A stretch of DNA of 64,000 bases from Adineta vaga (taxonomy: Eukaryota > Animalia > Rotifera). The position numbers and the translations under genes were made by a program. The stretch lies in the NCBI GenBank assembly GCA_021613535.1, contig CP075494.1, positions 7,440,001-7,504,000 on the forward strand. The letters run 5' to 3'. Shown piece by piece: positions 57,601-64,000 of the stretch (its first letter is position 1; the number at the start of each line of letters is the position of its first letter). The notes below the pieces were generated by a model. It made no database searches, was not told the DNA's origin, and saw only the letters and a list, made by a program, of their open reading frames with translations.

Positions 57601-60600
57601 TTGAGATGACACCAGGTGTGGACTTTCAACCGACGGATCTAGCACCGTTGAAGCCACAAGAGACTCGTGCACCACGTGTGATGGTCCCGTTGAAGGATGG
57701 TGTCACCCAAGAAACAATGCCAGTGATATTCTCGACAACGATCATAGTATCTTACGTATTGATCGTTTCATTGAAATGTAATGTAAATACCATGTACTTA
57801 AGTTACGCATGATGAAGGTATCGACATGAAGTGTATATTATTGTTTTTGTATTAAATCGTGTCGATGTGGTGCATTGAATATTCTGTAGAATACGTCATA
57901 GTGAATGTTCGCTTTTAAAAACATATCTTGTTAATGTAATACTATTCGAGAAACTCATTGAATGACAAACGCTATTTGCTTTCTCGGCATTGTTTTGTTT
58001 TTGCTTGAATCGTTGCGACATACATAAGAAATACACGATTATGACGTCTTCTAGTTTACCTGGTTCAAAGATAACAAACCTCTTGTCGCCGGTGACCGAT
58101 TTATTACTAAATATGATGTCGTTCCAAAGATACTCACTTTGGAAATTCTCAATGCCCAACCTGAAGATCAAGGTATATACACAGTGAAAGCAACAAATCC
58201 AGTTGGGAAAGATGAAACTTCTGCGAAATTAACAGTTCGACCCTTGACTAAGACTGATGAACAAGTGTTATCACAACCAAAACCACTGGAAGTCATTGCT
58301 CCTAAACCAACGCAACAAGATATGCAACAGCCTCAGGCACCAAAAGTAGTTAAACCACTTGAAAATGTCGAAGCACCGAAAGGATCACCAGTATTACTTA
58401 GAGCGACTATTACGGGAAAACCTACGCCAACAGTAAGATCATGCATGAATTGGAAGCATATATTATCATATTTTGTTTGATGTATAGTTTACTTGGTTGA
58501 AAGATGACAAACCGTTGATTGCTTCGAAACGTCTTCGAACTCAGTATGACGCTCCAACGAATCAAGTCGTTTTACAAATCGATGAAGTTCGACCAGAAGA
58601 TGCTGGTCAATATAGTGTAGTTGCTAGCAACCCTGTGGGTCAAGAAACAACTAAAGCCTCACTGAATGTAGTACCAGAACGAGCAGGAGAAGAGAAACGA
58701 GGATTAGGTCAACCAACAGGAAAGAAACCACGACCTGTTGAGATGACACCAGGCGTTGACTTCCAACCGACGGATCTAGCACCTCTGAAGCCAGAAGAAA
58801 CTCGTGCACCACGTGTAATGGTACCCTTGAAAGATAGCGACACAAAGGAAACCATGCCAGTGTTACTAACTACCACAATTGATTCTGGTTCACCAACGTC
58901 GAAGGTACTGATATATATTGATACATTGCTTATGCATCTTCGCACGCTAAATCAAAATATGATACTTTCCCATATTATACTCTGAAATAGCGTCCATGTT
59001 GTTTATTGTATATATTAATAGCAATGACAGAGTGATCGCTTGCGTGTCAAAAGAATTACTCATAATATCATGCTTGATAAATGCACTACTTTGCGCTGTT
59101 TTCGTAGCTCGTATGATATAATTGAAACCTAGTATGAATTAAATAATTCTTGGGATATACGAATATGAAACAAGCGCTCTATGCCTGCTTTGTGTTGCGA
59201 AATGAATTCGTATATTTGATTTTTTTGCTATTAATTCATGCGATGAGATAGAAGTAACGCATAAACAAATATCCCCTCTTTTAGTTTACGTGGTTCAAGG
59301 ATGAGAAACCTCTTGTCGCCGGTGACCGATTTATTACTAAATATGATGTGGTTCCAAAGATACTCACTTTGGAAATTATCAATGCTCAACCTGAAGATCA
59401 AGGTATATACACAGTGAAAGCAACAAATCCGGTTGGTAAAGATGAAACTTCCGCGAAATTAACAGTTCGACCCTTGACTAAGACGGAGGAACAGGTATTA
59501 TCTCAACCGAAACCACTGGAAGTCATTGCACCAAAACCAACTCAGCAGGACACGCAACAGCCGCAACCACCAAAAATAGTTAAACCACTTGAAAATGTCG
59601 AAGCACCGAAAGGATCTCCCGTGTTACTTAGAGCGACTATTACGGGAAAACCCACCCCGAATGTAAGATTGTATATTTTTTGAATGAGCGAAATACAGAT
59701 TCGAATTGCGTTGTCTATAGTTTACTTGGTTCAAGGATGACAAACCATTGATTGGTTCGAGACGTCTTCGTACCCGGTACGACGCTCCAACGAATCAAGT
59801 CATTTTACAGATTGATGAAGTTCAACCTGAAGATGCTGGTCAATATAGTGTGGTTGCCGCGAATCCCGTCGGTAAAGAGACAACTAAAGGTTCTCTGAGT
59901 GTAGTGCCGGAATTAAAAGGAGAAAACAAACAAGGATTAGGCCAACCACAAGGAAAGAAACCACGATCAGTAGAAGTGGTCCCAGGTGTTGATTTTCAAC
60001 CGGAAGAAAATCGAGCACCACATGTAATGGTACCACTAAAGGATAGTGAAACAAAGGAAACGATGCCTGTATTACTAACAACGACAGTCGATGCTGGCTC
60101 ACCAACGTCTAAGGTATACATTGCTTACCTCCATCTCATGCTGCTGATATATAAATAAAAGACATATGTGGATGTGCATGGAAAAGTCGAAAGTATGATA
60201 TCACTGGAGAGCCTCATGTATAGTGGCGTCCGTGTTTTTTTTGCTATGTTCAAGATGTAGAGCGGTCCGGTAAATACGCTTTTCTCAGAGATTTTTTCGA
60301 CATATAGTTTAAGGCATGCTCATCGATAAAATAGAATGTTCATTTTATGCTTTATCGTATTTCTATTTACGTTTGAAATTCTATCGTTTTTTTGAATGAT
60401 AAAAGAAACACTTGTTACACGATGATATCTTATTTTAGTTTACGTGGTTCAAGGATAACAAACCTCTTGTCGCCGGTGACCGATTTATTACTAAATATGA
60501 TGTGGTTCCAAAGATACTCACTTTGGAAATTCTCAACGCTCAACCTGAAGATCAAGGTACTTATACAGTCCAAGCAACCAATCCAGTTGGAAAAGATGAA

Positions 60601-63600
60601 ACTTCCGCGAAATTAACAGTTCGACCCTTGACTAAGACTGATGAACAAGTATTATCTCAACCAAAACCACTGGAAGTCGTTGCACCCAAACCAACGCAAC
60701 AAGACATGCAACAGCCTCAGGCACCAAAAGTAGTTAAACCACTTGAAAATGTCGAAGCACCGAAAGGATCACCAGTATTACTTAGAGCGACTATTACAGG
60801 AAAACCTACGCCAACAGTAAGATCATGCATGAATTAGAAGCACATATTATCATATTTTGTTTGATGTATAGTTTACTTGGTTGAAAGATGACAAACCGTT
60901 GATTGCTTCGAAACGTCTTCGAACTCAGTATGACGCTCCAACGAATCAAGTCGTTTTACAAATTGATGAAGTTCGACCAGAAGATGCTGGTCAATATAGT
61001 GTAGTTGCTGTCAACCCTGTGGGTCAAGAAACAACTAAAGGCTCACTGAATGTAATACCAGAACGAACAGGAGAGGAGAAACGAGGATTAGGTCAACCAA
61101 CAGGAAAGAAACCGCGTCCTGTTGAGATCACACCAGGTGTTGACTTTCAACCAACTGATGTGTCACCATTCGCACCAGAAGAAAACCGCCCTCCACGTGT
61201 TTTGGTACCGTTACGCGACGGCGACACGAAAGAAACAATGCCTGCTTTACTAACAACAACGATCGATGCTGGTTCACCTATGTCAACAGTAAGAAATACT
61301 AATATGATGAGAAAAGTAGTTTGCAGTTGTATAATTCGATTGTGTTTAAACGTATTCTAATAGTAGTGACACAACATAAAATAATTTTCGAAATTTTAGT
61401 GCATAACGTTATCATTGGTCAATGTGTTTTTGTATTTCTTTTATATTATTGGCATTCATCTATTTTCTCATAGCAAATAGTAGAATATGTATAATGTGTG
61501 AAGAAATAGAAAAAAATTTAGGGGTGACTTTTTTCCTCCAAGTATAGCTTGGTTTTATACCTCTTTATTAACGCTTTAACGCTTAATGCAACTGAAATTT
61601 AAATCTCATTAAATATTGTAGTTGGACATCAATACCAGTACAGATCATTTTTTATCATACTTCATAGACATGAAATCAACGGTTCACTTTTTGTTTTCTA
61701 GTTCACTTGGTTCAAAAATGGACAACCACTCGTCGCTGGTGATCGCTTCACAACTCGATATGATGTTATTCCAAAGACACTTACACTGGAAATTCTCAAT
61801 GCACGACCTGAAGATCAAGGTACTTACACAGTTCAAGCAAAAAATCCATCCGGTACTGATGAAACTACTGCCAAACTCACTGTTCGACCATTGACAAACA
61901 ATGATGTACAAGCATTTGCTCAGCCAAAACCATTGCAAGTCACTGCACCACAACCAACTCAACAAGATATGCAACAACCACAACCGCCGAAAGTGATCGT
62001 ACCATTGGAAAATGTTGAAGCACCAAAAGGATCACCAGTCCTTCTTCGAGCAACGATAACTGGCAAACCAACACCGACAGTAAGCTCATATGTGAATTGA
62101 AAGTATGTATTTATCACGTATATTTTGTATTTAGTTCACATGGTTCAAAGATGGTAAACCATTGATTGCTTCTAATCGTCTTCGTACTCGATATGATGTC
62201 CCAACAAATCAAGTTGTCTTGCAAATCGATGAAATTCGACCAGAAGATGCAGGTCAATACACCGTTGTTGCTGCTAATCCTGTTGGTCAAGAAACAACAA
62301 CTGGATCAGTAACTGTTGTACCGGAAAGTGGCGCTGAAGACAATCAAGAACTGCGACAACCACTAGGTCAAACACCACGACCAGTAGAGATGGTACCCGG
62401 TGTTGATTTTCAACCAATGGATACATCATCTGCGACACCCGAGGAGAAACGTGCACCACATGTCATCGTTCCATTAAACGATAGTGACACGAAAGAAACA
62501 ATGCCAGCAATATTTTCGACCACAATTGACCTTGGCGTACCAATGTCCAAAGTAAGTAATCTCCTTCGTATTTTTTCTATTAAACACATTGTAGCAGTTC
62601 CCGTCTTATCACTCGAGGAGCAAATACTTTTATATTCTAGGGTCGTTTTTGAAAATGTATCCAATATACTTAGAAATGAGCTCGGCGTTAAGCCACTGTC
62701 GAGTTTCTGAATTTTTAGATAACTTCCATAACTAAATGACACAGATACACACTACATTTGATGTTAATCTGTCGTTGAGAGCATCGATAAAAAATCACTG
62801 CATAAATCATTATATATTTCTCTAGATTACTTGGTTCAAAAATGGACAACCACTCGTCGCTGGTGATCGTTTCATCACCAAATATGATGTCATACCAAAG
62901 ACACTCACCTTGGAAATTCTCAACGCTCAACCGGAAGATCAAGGTACTTACACTGTTCAAGCAATAAATCCAGTTGGTAAAGATGAAACTAGTGCTAAAC
63001 TCACTGTTCAACCATTGACAAACAATGATGCACAAGCATTTGCTCAACCAAAACCACTGCAAGTCACTGCACCACAACCAACTCAACAAGATATGCAACA
63101 ACCACAACCACCGAAAGTGATTGTACCATTGAAGAATATTGAAGCACCGAAAGGATCACCGGTACTTCTTCGAGCAACGATAACTGGCAAACCAACACCG
63201 ACAGTAAGATTTTGTATTAAATAATGATTTGTATTTATTGACGACACTCTCTCTCTCTCTCTGATTAGTTTACATGGTTCAAAGATGGTAAACCATTGAT
63301 TGCTTCTAATCGTCTTCGTACTCGATATGATGCTCCTACAAATCAAGTCGTGTTACAGATTGATGAAGTTCGACCTGAAGATGTAGGCCAATATAGTGTT
63401 GTTGCTGCAAATCCGTTTGGTCAAGAAACAACCGCTGGTTCTTTGAGTGTAGTACCCGAACGAACAGGAGAAGATAAGCGTGGATTAGGTCAACCACAAG
63501 GTAAAACACCTCGACCAGTGGAAATGACACCAGGTGTTGACTTTCAACCAACTGATGTGTCATCATCAGCACCAGAAGAAAATCGTGCACCACATGTTTT

Positions 63601-64000
63601 GGTACCACTACAGAATGGTGATACGAAAGAAACCATGCCAGTATTACTAACAACGACAATCGATGCTGGTTCACCGATGGCAACAGTAAGAGTTTTATCT
63701 TACAGCTATGCTTTTCTGCTCGATAGAATTTCGATGCTTGATACCTATTTCAATAATAATTTTGTTGTATTTGTAGTTCACTTGGTTCAAGAATGGACAA
63801 CCACTCGTCGCTGGTGATCGTTTCATCACCAAATATGATGTCATACCAAAGACACTTACCTTGGAAATTCTCAACGCTCAACCGGAAGATCAAGGTACCT
63901 ATACAGCTCAAGCAATAAATCCAGTTGGTAAAGATGAAACTAGTGCTAAACTCACTGTTCAACCATTGACAAACAATGATGTGCAAGCATTCGCTCAACC
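33660..64000 (+). CDS. Giant titin/kettin(sallimus)-like multi-Ig(I-set) protein; continues beyond window end
   Basis: Dozens of I-set Ig domains (e.g. PRFTEPL...VREGQPVKLSC...WLKDG; D.G.Y...A.N..G) spread over >50 exons. Inter-Ig linkers of kettin type (VDERPLVDLTKIQQLE, VDETSLVSMEKIRLLE). Large low-complexity exons 36810-38627 and 38677-40300. Some exons contain frameshifts (see findings). Confidence 0.88.
36146..36172. repeat. (GAA)n microsatellite
   Basis: agaagaagaagaagaagaagaagaag upstream of the putative internal first exon. Confidence 0.8.
36271..36355 (+). other. Putative alternative first coding exon of the titin-like gene
   Basis: MHRGSSSPVRTRIIKRRSASSGNDENNR + G|gtagg. Its phase-1 donor fits the phase-1 acceptor at 36810, the same phase as the upstream donor at 35287. 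Confidence 0.55.
37560..38800 (+). repeat. Coding repeat, ~60 aa unit (GEHELR...PVE.L.PKP...EHSST), 6-7 copies
   Basis: Six GEHELR-type motifs (GQHELR, GEHELR x2, NEHETK, GEHDLR, GEHVTK) alternate with seven EHSST-type motifs in the ORFs at 36782 and 38728. Confidence 0.8.
44040..45230 (+). repeat. Coding repeat, ~30 aa unit (IDETxxVNPEAFKYLE), 12 copies between two Ig domains
   Basis: Visible in ORFs 43857, 44203 and 44685, e.g. SIDETPQVNLEAFQYLE, TIDETPIVNPDAFRYLE, SIDESSYVNPQAFKYLE. Confidence 0.9.
50391..50780 (+). pseudogene. Disrupted B-type exon copy (pseudo-exon or assembly error)
   Basis: A -1 indel near 50451 gives TAA at 50565-50567. A compensating +1 indel lies near 50608. Confidence 0.6.
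54581..54957 (+). pseudogene. Frameshifted A-type exon copy (377 nt instead of 378)
   Basis: gatgcatcccg at ~54641-54651 versus gatgtgatcccg/gatgtcattccg in sister copies. Confidence 0.55.
63247..63262. repeat. (CT)n microsatellite in a short intron
   Basis: ctctctctctctctct just before the acceptor at 63268. Confidence 0.8.

Larger units (their letters stand above)
49341..64000 (+). repeat. Tandem intragenic array, ~1.0-1.25 kb units of exon A (378 nt) + exon B (~417 nt), at least 12.5 units
   Basis: A exons start at 49954, 51045, 52234, 53420, 54581, 55676, 56915, 58055, 59285, 60439, 61702, 62826, 63777. B exons start at 49341, 50391, 51484, 52670, 53856, 55018, 56112, 57351, 58488, 59721, 60872, 62135, 63269. 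All begin at the (F/I)xW of the Ig C strand. Confidence 0.95.

Noticed and set aside
49499-63998. Recurrent minus-strand ORFs (MFFSFCQRLN..., ...FGASTFSSGLTTFGACGC...)
   Set aside because: Antisense shadows of the repeated Ig exons. They recur only because the sense exons are duplicated.
49341-64000. Regular repeat-spacer pattern resembling a CRISPR array, satellite or tandem transposon
   Set aside because: The repeats are ~400-nt Ig-coding exons bounded by GT-AG introns in a eukaryotic gene. No cas, transposase or terminal repeats are visible.
49341-64000. Dscam-style mutually exclusive splicing with docking/selector sequences
   Set aside because: A and B exons alternate and join in frame consecutively, and I could not see a shared complementary selector element. 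Constitutive or cassette inclusion is more parsimonious.

Overview
AT-rich eukaryotic (animal) genomic DNA, gene-dense, with very many short (~50-65 nt) GT-AG introns. This style is consistent with a bdelloid rotifer or similar small invertebrate (inference). Ten spliced protein-coding genes can be reconstructed by hand. On the minus strand: the 5' part of a D-amino-acid/D-aspartate oxidase and CCDC180. On the plus strand: an orphan low-complexity nuclear-type protein, ST7, an atypical cytochrome P450 lacking the I-helix threonine, UTP14, a tail-anchored RGS9BP/RGS7BP-like protein, an 8-exon DRAM/TMEM150 gene that the ORF track misses, and a catalytically dead PLC-like (PLCL/PRIP) gene. The tenth is a giant titin/kettin(sallimus)-like Ig protein from 33660 to beyond the window end. 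It carries several unusual non-Ig repeat blocks and a >14.6 kb tandem array of alternating 378-nt and ~417-nt phase-0 exons. Each of these exons encodes the second half of one Ig domain, a linker and the first half of the next, so any subset splices in frame. The array shows mosaic intron relationships and several broken exon copies. All exon structures were inferred by eye from splice signals and reading-frame continuity. No searches were run.
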